A stretch of 64,000 bases of DNA from the NCBI RefSeq assembly GCF_006345805.1, contig NC_043007.1, forward strand, positions 73,470,001 to 73,534,000, given 5' to 3'. Below the pieces are notes generated by a model that was not told the origin of the DNA, searched no databases, and saw only the letters and a program-made list of their open reading frames with translations. Below, piece after piece: positions 1-13,254 of the stretch (positions within the stretch are counted from its first letter, which is position 1; the number at the start of each line of letters is the position of its first letter). Source of the DNA: Octopus sinensis (Eukaryota). A program made the position numbers and the translations under genes.

Positions 1-121
1 AGTCTCTTTGGTTTCTGCTGCTGGCCCCTCTGTTGACCTCATTACTAAACAGACTCTTTTTACTTTTTCTATCTCTCTATCCCATACATACAACTTTTTT
101 AACATGGCTTTCATATGCTTA

Positions 122-343
122 TACTCTTACTCTTTTACACTTTTACTTGTTTCAGTCATTTGACTGCGGCCATGCTGGAGCATCGCCTTTAGTCGAGCAA
201 CTCGATCCCCGGACTTATTCTTCTGTAAGCCCAGTACTTATTCTATTGGTCTCTTTTGCTGAACCGCTAAGTAACGGGGACATAAACACACCAGCATTGG
301 TTGTCAAGCAATGCTAGGGGGACAAACACAGACACACAAACAT

Positions 344-395
<52 letters not shown>

Positions 396-606
396 GACGG
401 GCTTCTTTCAGTTTCCGACTACCAAATCCACTCACAAGGCTTTGGTTGGTCCGAGGCTATAGTAGAAGACACTTGCCCAAGGTGTCACACAGTGGGACTG
501 AACCCGGAAGCATGTGGTTGGTAAACTTACCACACAGCCACTCCTAGTGGGACTGAACTTGGAACCATGTGGTTGGTAAACAAGCTACTTACCACACAGC
601 CACTCC
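122..606 (-). mobile_element. tRNA-derived SINE, family A (internal microsatellite), head duplicated at 547-606
   Basis: Reverse complement matches the + copy at 46311-46730: A/B-box-like head, internal (CA)/(TA) tract, GAGTAAAA-type tail; more than 10 copies in the window. Confidence 0.8.
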
Positions 607-822
607 TTTGATGTAACTTGAAGGTAAATTTTATTCTTGATTACCAAATAATTTTAGCTTCCATAATCTGATCAATGATTTCTTGAATAAAAAGCAGGAT
701 ATTCCATCAAATATTTTGTTTTCCAACACTATTCTGCATTTCAACTTTGTAGTTCCTATTTACTTCATGATATCATTCTATACTGACGCCAATATCTTCA
801 GGTCATTCTGATCTCTACTTAC

Positions 823-829
823 CAAGGTC
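823..829 (-). other. Candidate 7-nt microexon (GACCTTG)
   Basis: Minus strand reads attttacag|GACCTTG|gtaagt with CTAAT about 30 nt upstream; motif evidence only. Confidence 0.25.
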
Positions 830-1283
830 CTGTAAAATGCTAGGTATAACTATTAATTAGATTTATCACGATATATATTTTATAAAACACTAAAGTTGTT
901 AATCTGTTGCACCTGTTGACTGAATGCTTCTCAAAATACTCTTGTCACTTCTCAGAAACTGTTATTAACTTAGGTGACAATTGACTCAGTATGACAGAAT
1001 TAATGTTTGTAGTCATCATAGACTGAGGTGATCTAGACTGTATACAACATGAACGATCACCATTTATATCTATGTAGAATGCTTAATACATTAGCAGTGT
1101 TGAGTATTGTCTCAGAAAAGACTTTTCCTCTGCAATGATGACTGCTGGGGTTTTAAATTATTAGAGAAAAAATGTAGAAAGAGGATCAAGATCAAATTTT
1201 TATTTAACCACTGTCCAAGTGAAAAGAACGGTGTATAATCTCCTGCACTTTTGATTTATTTGATGAGAAATTATATAGAATTC

Positions 1284-1719
1284 TTTTATCTTTTATCTTC
1301 TTCACATTTCAGTCATTAAACTGCAGCCATGTTCGGATTTTTAATCAAATGAATCGACCCCACTACATATTTTTTGTTTTTTTAAGCCTGGTACTTATTC
1401 TGTCAGCCTCTTTTGCTGAACTGCTAAGTTACAGGGATATAAACACACCAACACTGGTTGTCGAGCAGTGGTCAGGGACAAACACAGCCATAAAGATAAA
1501 CACACATGCATGCACACATCTGCGCATGCATGCACACACACGCACACACACACACACAAGGCCTCTTTTCACTTTCTGCCTACAAAATCCACTTGCAAGG
1601 CTTTGGTCAGCCTAAGGTTATAATATAAGGCACTTGGCCAAGGCGCTACACAGTGGGACTGAACCCAGAACCATATGGTTGGGAAGCAAGCTTCTTACCA
1701 CCCAACCATGCCTGTGCCT
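1284..1719 (-). mobile_element. Diverged SINE family A copy
   Basis: Colinear similarity to 122-546 and 21365-21788. Confidence 0.7.
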
Positions 1720-1842
1720 ATAAATAGATTATGGTAAATAACGGTTTCAAATTTTGGAACAGGGCCAACAGTTTTTTGAGAGGAGGTGGAAGTCAATTAC
1801 ATTGGCATCTGTTCTTGACTGGAACTTATTTTGTTGATTCTG

Positions 1843-3025
1843 AAAAAATCAAAATAGATGAACATCAATGGAATCTGTATCTTTGTGGTACCAGTGCCAG
1901 TGGCACACACTTTGTGGTACCAGTGCCGGTGGCACACAAGAGAACCATCCGAACATGGCCGTAGCCAGTTCCGCATCGACCGGCCTCCGTGCTGTGGGCA
2001 CGTAACAAACACCATCCGATCATGGCCGTTCGCCAGCCTCATCTGGCACCTGTGTCGGTGGCACATAAAAAACACCTTCCGAAGACCCGGCAAGACTAGT
2101 CAGTCCACCTGTGCATACCTTCTTCTTGTGACACTTGTGAAGACCGGTTGAGGCAAGTGAAAATCAAATCAAATCAAAATAGACAAAATAGATGAACATC
2201 AATGGAATTTGTATCTTGTGGTACCAGTGCCTGTGGCACACAAGAAATCCATCAGTGCCGTAGTCAGTGCGGTGGGCACATGACAAACACCATCCGATCG
2301 TGGCCGTTCGCCAGCCTCATCTAGCACCTGTGTCGGTGGCACATAAAAACACCATCCGAAGACCCGGCAAGACTAGTCAGGCCATAACCCATGGCCCCTA
2401 CCTGGGACGTAGTCAGTCCACCTGTGCATACCTTCCTTCTTGTGACACTTGTGAAGACCTGTGGAGTCAAGTGAAAATCAAAACAAATCAAAATAGATGA
2501 ACATCAATGGAATTTGTATCTTTGTGGTACCAGTGCCGGTGGCACGTGGCACATAAGAAAACCATCCGAACATGGCCGTAGCCAGTACCACATCGACTGG
2601 CCTCCGTGCTGTGGGCACGTAACAAGCACCATCCGATCGTGGCCGTTTGCCAGCCTCATCTGGCACCTGTGTCGGTGGCACATGAAAACACCATCCGAGC
2701 GTGGCCGTCTGCCAGCCTCGTCTGGCACCTGTGTCGGTGGCACATAAAAAACACCATCCGAGCGTGGCCGTCTGCCAGCCTCGTCTGGCACCTGTGTCGG
2801 TGGCACATAAAAAACACCATCCGAGCGTGGCCGTTTGCCAGCCTCGTCTGGCACCTGTGTCGGTGGCACATAAAATCACCCACTACACTCTCGGAGTGGT
2901 TGGTGTTAGGAAGGGCATCCAGCTGTAGAAACACTGCCAGATCTGACTGGACTGGTGCAGCTTTCGGGCTCCCCAGACCCCAGTTGAACCGTCCAACCCA
3001 TGCTAGCATGGAAAGCGGACGTTAA

Positions 3026-3055
<30 letters not shown>
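1843..3055 (+). mobile_element. Concatemer of three RTE-LINE 3' ends with a single (ATG)n tail, inserted in a Nin-like SINE
   Basis: Segments restart at GAAGACCCGGCAAG (about 2081 and 2358), the ORF-end region seen at 17461-17560; ends GGACGTTAAATGATGATG; the flanks (about 1790-1840 and 3056-3170) join into one SINE. Confidence 0.75.
2629..2875 (+). repeat. Four tandem 62-63 bp units in the RTE 3' UTR
   Basis: CCATCCGA recurs at 2629, 2691, 2754 and 2817 with near-identical intervening sequence. Confidence 0.9.
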
Positions 3056-3057
<2 letters not shown>

Positions 3058-3320
3058 AGGGCAAAAGACAAAGTCATCTTCAGTGAAAATTGAACTCAGA
3101 ATGTAGAGAAATACATCAAGCAGAGCACGCTCTTTGTCCAGTATGCTAACGATTTTGCAATGTTCAGTTCATGAATAAAATGTTCAGTTCATTTGAGTCT
3201 GATAGAATGCAAGCAGAATCAATTTCAATTTAATATGAGAAACAGGAATTTGAATTAATGCAATGTAAGTGTTACAAGTATAGTCCTTGTGGAGTTCAGT
3301 GGAAAGAAAAATATAAATAA

Positions 3321-3686
3321 ACTAGCACTATGACCCGGCAATGCCAGGTCATAGTGCTAGTGCATGAATAAACATCTGCGTGTGTGTGCACATACACATG
3401 AGTACTGTCCAAATCTCCGACCAAACACATACAGCTAGCAAGCTTTCAATTGGTGTATCAAGTTTTGGGCATTTCGATTGGGTTTTGGATAGAAAATTCA
3501 CAAAAAAGTCACTTCTATTGATGTTTTAATGGCTTTGCGGGGTGACTGGGGAAATTTGAAGATGCTCACGACCACCCTTGGATGGTTTTGCATAACCATA
3601 GAAAGTGCGAGCCCTCTAACTGAAAAATTGTGGATTTGTATAAAGAACATGCACACAGACATTTTGCCGTTTATATATATAGAGAT
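3321..3686 (-). mobile_element. Non-autonomous Helitron-like element
   Basis: Minus strand starts A|TCTCTATATATATAAA and ends with a hairpin plus CTAG|T. Confidence 0.65.
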
Positions 3687-3734
3687 AAGTTTTGTAGCTG
3701 TTCATGTAGAAATTAAGGCATTGGTACCGGCAAA

Positions 3735-4320
3735 TCACTAACCTGGAATATTTTTGAAATAGAAAATTTGTATGTATTTTGCCGACCAGCGGACTCTTTG
3801 CCCACTTCTTGTTCGAGTTTGCTGTGAAGATGTTGGGGTACTTGTGGGAGGTGTTGATGAGACTGTGTCAGTTTGGTACAGAGTTGACGATGGTGATGAG
3901 GAATCGGGTTCGATGATAGCTTTGTTAAGTTGATTGATACTAACAGTATTTGGCTTGCCATTCATGTTAACAATGAAGTATTTTTTCCTTCTCTGTAGTA
4001 TTCTGTAGGGTCCAGAATACGGTGGACAGATTTGTGATAATATTCCATTGTTCTGGATAAAAACATGCATCCATTTGTTAATGTCTGAGGGGACATATGT
4101 ATCAGTCTTCTGCGAACGGGGTGTGTTAGGTGAAATATGGGACATAAGTGTACGGAGATGATGTACATAAAATGTGGGATCAGGAATATCCCTTGGAGGA
4201 ACTGGAGTGATTGTTTGCTCAGGCAGGGCCAGCAGGGTGCTGTAAACCAACTCAACCAGTGAGTGACCGATGTCGTCCTTAATAGATACACGAATACCAA
4301 GCAGAATAAGAGGAAAGAAT
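3735..4320 (-). mobile_element. Ty3/Gypsy integrase C-terminal fragment (GPY/F module)
   Basis: Frame reads PLILLGIRVSIKDDIGHSLVELVY...PPYSGPYRILQRRKKYFIVNMNGKPNTVSINQLNKA...TRTRSGQRVRW. Confidence 0.8.
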
Positions 4321-4696
4321 TACCATGTATATGATGAAGGGGAACGCTGGCAAGCTATTTTTTTAAGAAAACGTTAATAGATTTAATGTCAAAGGTAATT
4401 TAGAGAAGGAGGAGAAAAAAGAAATTAACAGAAAATTAAGAGTGGAGAAATATAGTGTGATAGATGAATGGAAATGAAGCTTAAAAACATGGAAATAGAT
4501 ATATGTAGTGGAAAAGAAATGTAAGAAGACAGTTAAAGGTCGAAAGTTATAGATTGGTAGAAATTACTTATAAGAAGTAAAGGTATGTTTTTGGCTTTTT
4601 TATTCCCTCCGGAATGGTATCAATGCTTTCTTTGAAACATATGTTGGAAGTATAAATGATTTGAATAACACCTGCATTTGATTCCATTTCTTAATT

Positions 4697-4748
<52 letters not shown>

Positions 4749-4789
4749 CACACACACACACCACACACACACACACAATATATATATAT

Positions 4790-4993
4790 ATATATTAATC
4801 AGCCGAAATTGCTAGGATGATCCGGTTCTTGACTGAAGATTGAAGGCTTCAAATGTGCCGTCCATGTTTTTTGTATCATCTTCTAAATGTTTTACGTTCT
4901 TGTCCCAGTTTTCGAATGACCCGTCCGTTTTTTATATCGTCTATTTGAATGTTTTGCGTACTTGTCCCGTTTTGTATTTTTATATATATTTTT

Positions 4994-5040
<47 letters not shown>

Positions 5041-5406
5041 CATACATATATATGCATATATTTGATATACATATGTATATCATCATCATCATCATCATTT
5101 AATGTCCGCTTTCCATGCTGGCATGGGTTGGATGGTTTGACTATGCATACACACACACACACACAACACACACACACACACACACACACAATATATATAT
5201 ATATATATTAATCAGCCGAAATTGCTAGGATGATCCGGTTCTTGACTGAAGATTGAAGGCTTCAAATGTGCCGTCCATGTTTTTTGTATCATCTTCTAAA
5301 TGTTTTACGTTCTTGTCCCAGTTTTCGAATGACCCGTCCGTTTTTTATATCGTCTATTTGAATGTTTTGCGTACTTGTCCCGTTTTGTATTTTTATATAT
5401 ATTTTT

Positions 5407-5455
<49 letters not shown>

Positions 5456-5560
5456 CATACATATATATGCATATATTTGATATACATATGTATATCATCA
5501 TCATCATCATCATTTAATGTCCGCTTTCCATGCTGGCATGGGTTGGATGGTTTGACTATG

Positions 5561-5591
<31 letters not shown>

Positions 5592-5620
5592 TCATACACA
5601 CATGTATATATATATATATA
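4790..5620. repeat. Tandem duplication of a 413-bp composite unit (unknown 185-bp piece, (TA)n, RTE tail, (CA)n)
   Basis: ATTAATCAGCCGAAATTGC and the following sequence recur near-identically 413 bp apart. Confidence 0.85.
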
Positions 5621-5635
5621 TATGTATGTATACGT

Positions 5636-5670
<35 letters not shown>

Positions 5671-5728
5671 TATACACACACGCACACACACATATATATA
5701 TATTTATACACACACACACACATATATT

Positions 5729-5785
<57 letters not shown>

Positions 5786-5831
5786 GCATATATATATTTA
5801 TACATACATATATATATTTATACATACATAC

Positions 5832-5863
<32 letters not shown>

Positions 5864-6091
5864 GCATGCTTACCTAGATACATAATTATCATTTGCATTT
5901 TATGTGTTAGCCAATGCCTCAGAGCAATTAATTTTAATAACTACTTCATAAAACATTTGATTGTATAATTACTTGTACTGGCAGTGGTGGTGGTGATGGT
6001 GGCAATGGGTTTCATTGTGGAGCAATTAATTTTTTTTATGCTAATGACTGAGAAAGTTACACATATAAAGAATGGAAGCATTATACAAATG

Positions 6092-6953
6092 TATGAGGGG
6101 TTACCCAAGGGAAACTGGAATTTTGTACTATTATTTTCTTCACTTAGTTTTATATGTTTACACTCTTATCACCTTCACGGAATTCTCCATTTGAAGCAAT
6201 GAGCATTTTCCACTATTTGAAGCAGTGCTAAAACTCTTTTTAATGCCTCTGTCATTTTCTTTTCTTCACCTCTTCAATATCTGCAAATCTGTAGCACCAG
6301 CTTTGTTCATCAGTGATGGCCTTCAAAAATGAGGTCTGGATAAACTTCCAACTGTTCTGTCAGTTCACAACACATTCAGTCATGACTGCCTTTGATCTTC
6401 CATGAGCAAGAAGGGCACAAATTTTGCTGCAACTCTTTTGATTTGCAATTCCTCTCACAAAATTCATTGGCAGGAGCTCCAGGATACACCAGCCATAACC
6501 AACCATTTCCTCAATTGTTCAATGACAGACCTCCAAGATCAGTTTATGGATTTTCATGATGCTTTCATTCATTTGAGTGGTCAACCGTCATCCTGAACGA
6601 GGTTAATCTTCAAGTAACCATTCCTAAAGTGTGGAAACCACTCATAAACTTGTGTTTTGGTCATAGCAGCGTCCTTGTAAGCTGTTTGAAGCATGACAAC
6701 TGTTTTGGCCACTGTTTTCTCCAGTAGAAAACAGAATTTCATGGAAGCACACTGTTCCTTCACTTCAGCCATTGCAAAAATCGACAGGAGAGGAGTACTG
6801 CAAAACAAAGACACACTACATGGCAGTATGACACCACTAGATGCATACTGATGCCACAGGGTCACATCAAGTAGCTTCTAGCAGTGGAAGTTTGAACTAC
6901 AATGGGCTTGTCCCACAGAGAACGTTTCCGTTTACTTTTGGGTATCCCTTTGT
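6092..6953 (-). mobile_element. Internally deleted, degenerate mariner
   Basis: MAEVKEQCASMKFCFLLEKT...TQVYEWF N-terminus, a VAAKFVP block and an IEEVK...ASNGE C-terminus; imperfect terminal inverted repeats (TIRs) at 6092-6120 and 6925-6953. Confidence 0.8.
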
Positions 6954-7094
6954 GTGTATATATATATATACATATGCGTGTGTGCATATACATATGTGCA
7001 CACACACATCCCTCACATATACATATGATAGTTCATATTTATATATATACTACATATATTGCCATCATCAGTTTTACATCTGTTTTATTTTTCA

Positions 7095-7870
7095 TGCTTA
7101 CTGGATGAGTCTTCTCCAGGACATCTCACCACTTGTGATTACTCAGCATCTTTGTAAAGTTCAGCATCATAAGTTCAGCCCTTACTACTTCTTCCTCTCT
7201 CTTTCACAAGTTCCTTTGAATCAGATCACTTGACAGTTTTTTTTACCCACTCTCAATCTCCATACATATCACATGTTCATGTAATAGTATAAGTCTTCTT
7301 ACACACAACATGTAATTACTCATGTATCTAGTTTCCCCCTTGACTTTTCTGCACTCCATTATTCATCCACACCATCATTATAATCTAGGAGAGAACGTTC
7401 ATCTTATTTTGCTCCAGCCTTCTTATATCTCCACATTCAAGATCTTAATTGCTCAACCATACAATAGTGCACTTTATATACCAGTGTGATTTAACCCATC
7501 CTTCACTCACAGAGAGAATCCCTTTGTTGGCTGCAGACTTAGTAGCTTTCTAAACTTTTACCACTCCTGTTCTTATTCTGTCTGCTATGCTTTTTGAGCA
7601 TGTGCCTTGTCTTCTAATAAAGTCAACTAAGTAAGGAAGCTATCAGTTATGTCTATGGAAAGTTCTGAGAATTTGAAACAACAATTTATTTGATGAGTGC
7701 TCTGACTGTTAATTACTCTTTGACATCTGTTATATACAAAGTGTTCCCACCCTGTCATTCTGTCGGTGATTCCACTATGATATTTATGCAACAATAGTTT
7801 ACAATGCTTACAGCATGCTGAATTCCTACCTTTTCTACACATTGACTGCTTCTCAGATGTCCACAGTATT
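7095..7870 (-). mobile_element. Old RTE LINE ORF C-terminal remnant
   Basis: Degenerate codons resembling SIA.RIRTG..KFR.LL..LATKG.SL.VKG.L..LLYG...LNVEDIRRLE. Confidence 0.6.
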
Positions 7871-8814
7871 TTGTTTTCTTTCCTGGTAAAAAACTTGTTT
7901 TCAAAGTTTTGATTTTAAGTTTTGGTTCCACATTAGAAATCTCCTCTCTAAATCTCTGAAAGATTTAGTTACATGGACTATTTCATCAGCCTTACACTAC
8001 CTGTATCCTCCTAGCCAATACACTATATTTCTCTCTGCTACACCATCAACCAGCCCCACCTTTGGACCATCTCTGTTGCCACTTATCACCTATACTTGTC
8101 TTTATCTCATCACTCACTCTTACATTTGTTCACTGCTACTGTTGTCACTCCCTCCTCTCCTGAGTAAAATCCCATATATTCCTGCCTTTTTCCCATCATA
8201 TTCTTACTCCTTCAACCCTCCCAGCTATTCAGGTCCTTCCGATGTCATTTGACTATCTCTTTCTTTCCAACACCTATTCTCAGTCATCTGAGAAAATCAA
8301 CACACCTTAGAGTATTGAATCTTCTTTATACTTAAACATATGTTCCTATTTCCTAGTCTCAGCCACCTGTGTCTGGCCATCCTACTGTCACTACTCCACC
8401 TCCTATTATCCTCCTTAATCTGAACATGTAGGGTTAATGAATATTATATACATTCACTGTGTACAAGGCACTCTGTATCCTGGGTTGGTTGCTACAATGT
8501 TATTACCCACCCAGTCACCATTCTCCTTCTAACTCACTCAGTGGTAAGGCAGGACTGTCTTTTTAGTGGTGGTGCCATGTAAAATGTACCCAGTACACAC
8601 TGTAAGGTGGTTTCATATGAGCAGAGAAAGTATTACTGTGAGGTCCCATTAGTCTTGTCTTGTTTAGGATTATTCAATCTCTCTCATGTTGAGGGTCATG
8701 AGAAAATACACCCAGTACATTTTGTACAGTATTTGGTGACAGGACAAGCATCCAGCTGTAGAAACAAAGTCAAAATGTTGTGTAGAAACATCAGTCAATA
8801 AGAGTAGAGGCTAA

Positions 8815-9020
8815 AGGCAGCAAGCTGGCAGAACAGTTAGCACAGAAGGCAAATTGCTGAGCAGCATTTCATTTGTCTTTGCATTCTGAGTTCAATTTCC
8901 ACCAAGGTTGACTTTGTCTTTCGTCCTTTCAGAGTTGATAAAGTAAGTACCAGTTGAGCACTGGGATCAATGTAATCAACTTAGCCTGAAACTGCTGGCT
9001 TTGTGCCAAAATTTCAAACC
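8815..9020 (+). mobile_element. Nin-domain-like tRNA SINE (old copy)
   Basis: GGTTGACTTTGTCTTTCGTCCTTTCAGAGTTGATAAAGTAAGTACCAG core, homologous to 58018-58400. Confidence 0.6.
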
Positions 9021-9829
9021 AATAAGAACAGTGGTCCACATTAAGAAATAACTCGAGAACCCATCTAACTCATGCTAGCATGTAAAGTGGATGTATGATT
9101 ATGATGCTGCTGCTGCTGATGATGATATATATAATTATATAATTAAGTTACTACTCATACATAATTAAGTACTACTGCTATCACAGCTTTAAGTGGACTT
9201 CAACAAATTTAGTACTTTGTTGTTGTGGTAGTAGCAGATGTAGAAGCAGAAGCAGCAGCAGCAACAGACAGTAATAGTATTGGTGTTGGTGGTTGTGGTG
9301 GTAGTGTTGGTGTTGGTGGTGGTGGTGGTTGTGGTATTGGCACAGGTGATAGTAAGAGTACTACCAACACCATCATGACCACCATCACCACCACAGTCAC
9401 CACCACCACCACAGTCACCACCACCACCACACTACTGCCTCCACACTGGACAATAACAATCTTAGATATACAAAAAGAAAAAGACAGATGGTCATGACTG
9501 GATTGTCTTCCATCATAAACAGTGGGACATGGATCATGTACATAATTATATACATGCATGAGCATGTACACACACACACATGCACACACACACACACACA
9601 CGCACATACACACACACACGCACACACAGAGAATGAAGCAAAACACTGTATTTCATGTTGCTCCAATCCACTCAGCTGGCAAAAATAAGTAATCCTGCAA
9701 TGGACCAGTGTCCCATCTTGGTGGCAAACGTATATGCCATGAAATCAGGAAACCAGCCCTTATGAGTCAGTATGACTCGAGAAGGTTACTACTAAGGTTA
9801 TTTTTACTCATGCACATACACATACACAA

Positions 9830-9905
9830 ACACGACGGTTTCTGTTACCTAGGTGACCTATTCAGCCATGAAGGAGGATATTCTGAAAGTATTCTATGAG
9901 AATAT
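9830..9905 (+). mobile_element. Short RTE reverse-transcriptase fragment
   Basis: Translates to DGFCYLGDLFSHEGGYSESIL (F.YLG motif). Confidence 0.5.
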
Positions 9906-11298
9906 GTTTGGCCATATTACCTTGTATAGAAACAGGTGGCAGTTGGTGACTGGAAGTGCATCCAGTTACAAAAAAAAAATCTGCCTCATTAATTCCATCC
10001 AACCCATGCAAGTGTGTAGAAGGAGGACATTAAAACAATCATACAAAAGTTTAAAACCTGTTCCAATCTACAACGACAATCTTTTGTACAACAAATAGTC
10101 CCTGTTGTTGAAGCAGTTGTTTGGCTGTCATGTGGGTTGGAGTTTTTTGTAATTTTGTTCCAGTAATTTTTTACTCATTTCATGTAGCTGATAGAGATTT
10201 TAACCTGTAATTATATGAAGAGCACTATTTTTGTATATTTTGTAGTTTGTTGTAAAAATATTAGGCCCCTGTGGTAGGTCTGACACTGTGATGGTGTAAT
10301 CTAGAATTCGTATGTAAGTAGTGCCACACTATAAGTATTCCATAGTGACCTATGGTGGACTTTGAAAAAAGTTTTCCTGCTATTTCTTTTTGTTAAAAAC
10401 TTGTCCACAAAAATCGCCTGTACTGGTGCCACATAAAAAGTACACCATGTAAAAAACACCCATGCTAACATGACATAAAAAGCTTTCAGTACACTCTGTG
10501 AAGTGGTTGGCATTAGTAAGGGTATCCAGTTGTAGATACCATATCAAAACAGACAACTGGAGCCTGGTGCAGCTTTCCAGCTTGCTAACTTCTGTCAAAG
10601 TCAGCATGGAAAACTGACACTAAATGCTAGTGTGTGTGTGTGTGATTCACTTATAATTCAAATATATGTATCCACAGTATACCCTTCAAATAGCAGGATT
10701 ATTAAGGTAATTTAATTTATAAAATGCTGGGCTAAGAAGGCTTTCTGCCACTGATCTAGTTTATTATTTGTATATAACAAGTGTTTATGTGTTGACCAAA
10801 TTGTTTTCTTGATAATATATTTAATGTGTGAAGTGAATGTTATAGAGATGCTACACAACTCCTACTAAATGGCATTTTAATGTATTTTTATGCATTGTAT
10901 TCCATGTATTTTGTGTGTTGTGGGAATGTTATAGAGGTGTATATACAACTCATAGTATGTAATATATCTATATATATTTTATGTTGTATTTTATGAGTGA
11001 CAGGGATGTTGATAGGATCGTTATGTAAAGATGTGTATGTTGTATAGAGGTGTGTATGCCACTCCTGTGCGTGGCACAACATAATTCTGTTGTTGAGTGG
11101 GATGGTTAGTTTTATTTGGTATTACTTTGTATTGTTGGTAAGAAAGGAGGTGGTTATTCTTGACTACCCTCAGGCAAAGCCTGATCAATAGACCTATGAC
11201 CTAAGATAATCCATTGTTTGAGGGGCATATAGGAATGCATTATCCAATATGTGCTTTCCTTATCTAATATAACAGGGTTTGGTTTATGAAAAATTTGT

Positions 11299-11571
11299 AT
11301 AGGAGTGGCTGTGTGGTAAGTAGCTTGCTTACCAACCACATGGCTGTGTGTGTATATGTTTGTGTGTCTGTGTTTGTCCCCCCAACATCGCTTGACAACC
11401 AATGCTGGTGTGTTTACATCCCCATAACTTAGCGGTTCGGCAAAACAGACCAATAGAATAAATACTAGGCTTACAAAGAATAAGTCCTGGGGTCAATTTG
11501 CTCGACTAAAGGTGGTGCTCCAGCATGGCTACGGTCAAATGACTGAAACAAGTAAAAGAGTAAAAGAGTAA
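11299..11571 (+). mobile_element. SINE family A with internal deletion
   Basis: Head joined directly to the post-microsatellite half and GAGTAAAA tail. Confidence 0.8.
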
Positions 11572-12292
11572 TGTAGAGGTTTCCTAGTTAACTCAACATG
11601 GTTCAACAGGTGCTATTTTTAGTCTAGGGCAAATATGAAGAAATTGTATTGAAAATTGACTGGTCAGTAGAAAAGAATGATGAATTCATTTGCCTCTAGA
11701 AATGTAGAATTAATGTTTCAAGCCTTGCTCTATGTCTGAGATTAAGGAAAATAAAACATGAGTGACAGGTTAGTAAATGAGGAAGAAATTACATTTAAAA
11801 AAGTGATGTGGAGATGAGGGGTATAATCAAAAATAGAAGTGGTATCAGAAAGTCAGGCATCAAGGGTGCTAAATGAACAAAGCTGGGATTGAAGAGGAAG
11901 CTAAAAGATCCAAGGCTTCAACCAAAACAAAAAGAAAGAAAGAAAAGAGTAAATTAAGGAAGTAGAAGAGAACAAAGAGCAATTCCACCTGTAAATAATT
12001 ATTCTCAAATATGGACACACCCATGCACTCATATTCACAGGCATTCAGGTTAGGCATACATTTTGAAATTTTGAATGAACAGAAAGAAAAAAAAAAGAGG
12101 AAATTGTTTATCTTCAGTAGTAAGTATGATTATATACAAACATAACTCAAAAAAACCAGATTCCTGAATATGCATATACATATATACACACTCAACATAC
12201 CTCAAAAGAATGTACTCATGAATACACATAAATACACACCTGTATATGCATTTATATATATACACATTCAAGATACCTCAAAAGAACACACC

Positions 12293-12295
<3 letters not shown>

Positions 12296-12324
<29 letters not shown>

Positions 12325-12690
12325 CCATCATCATCATCACCACCACCACCACCACCACCACCACCACCATCATCATTATCATCAATTAATGTCCGTTTTC
12401 CATTTTGGTATGGGTTGGACGGTCTGACTGAGGTTTGAAGAGCCAGTGGCTGCATCAGGCTCCATTCTGGTCTGGCAGGGTTTCTACTGCTGGATGCCCT
12501 TCCTAATGCCAACCACATCAAGAGTGTTGTGGGTGCTTTTTTTGTACCACCAGCACAGAAGCCAATAAGGCAGGCCTAGCAACAATCACGTTTGGATGGT
12601 GCTTTTCATGTGCTATCAGCACAGGAACCAGTCAGTGGGTACTGGCATTGGTCATGATTGGTTGGTGTTTTTACATGCCACCAGCACCAG
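12296..12690 (-). mobile_element. RTE LINE 3' end with expanded (CAT/CAC)n tail
   Basis: TTAATGTCCGTTTTCCA...GGATGCCCTTCCTAATGCCAACCA block homologous to 54868-55476. Confidence 0.65.
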
Positions 12691-13254
12691 AGCCAATGCA
12701 CATGTACATATATACTCTAATTTTCTGGTACAAATACAATACACATATAAAAGTATACTCATAGATACACATATACATATAGAGAGTATAGACAGACCTG
12801 CCTATATCTTATATTTTCTAGAATAGTTAATTCAGATATTTTATAATTTAAGACTTTCCCTTTAAGGATATTGTTCTAGAAACTTCTAAAATGTTCCCTT
12901 GTTCAATTGATTAATATCTCTTCTGTCAGCCAACTGCATCCTCCTCCTCCTCATCATCATCATCATTTATGTCCGTTCTTCACTGCAGGCATGATTAAAA
13001 GTCCCTTTCAAGCCACATAGCTCTGGGTTTATTCTCACCTTGTGGCTCCTTGGGGAAGTCTTGGGTTGACCAATATCATGTGAGTAGGAATTTGATAAAC
13101 AGAGACTGAGTGGAAGCCAGCCATATATCCTCCTATGTCACCTCCTCCCCTCCTCTTATCTCTCCCCTTCCCCCCTCTCATCGTCGTCATCATCATCGTT
13201 GTCATCATCATCATCGTCATCATCATCACCATCATCACCATCATCACCACCGTA

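Noticed and set aside
2629-2875. Regular 62-63 bp repeats resembling a CRISPR array
   Set aside because: No unique spacers; the units are contiguous parts of an RTE 3' UTR in a eukaryotic context
4795-4870. CAGCCGAAATTGC...CTGAAGA resembling hammerhead halves
   Set aside because: I could not build consistent stems I-III in any topology
4840-5885. Many [12 protein letters not shown] ORFs (also 27810-28557, 29678-30226, 44927-45429, 63505-63779)
   Set aside because: They are translations of dinucleotide and tetranucleotide microsatellites
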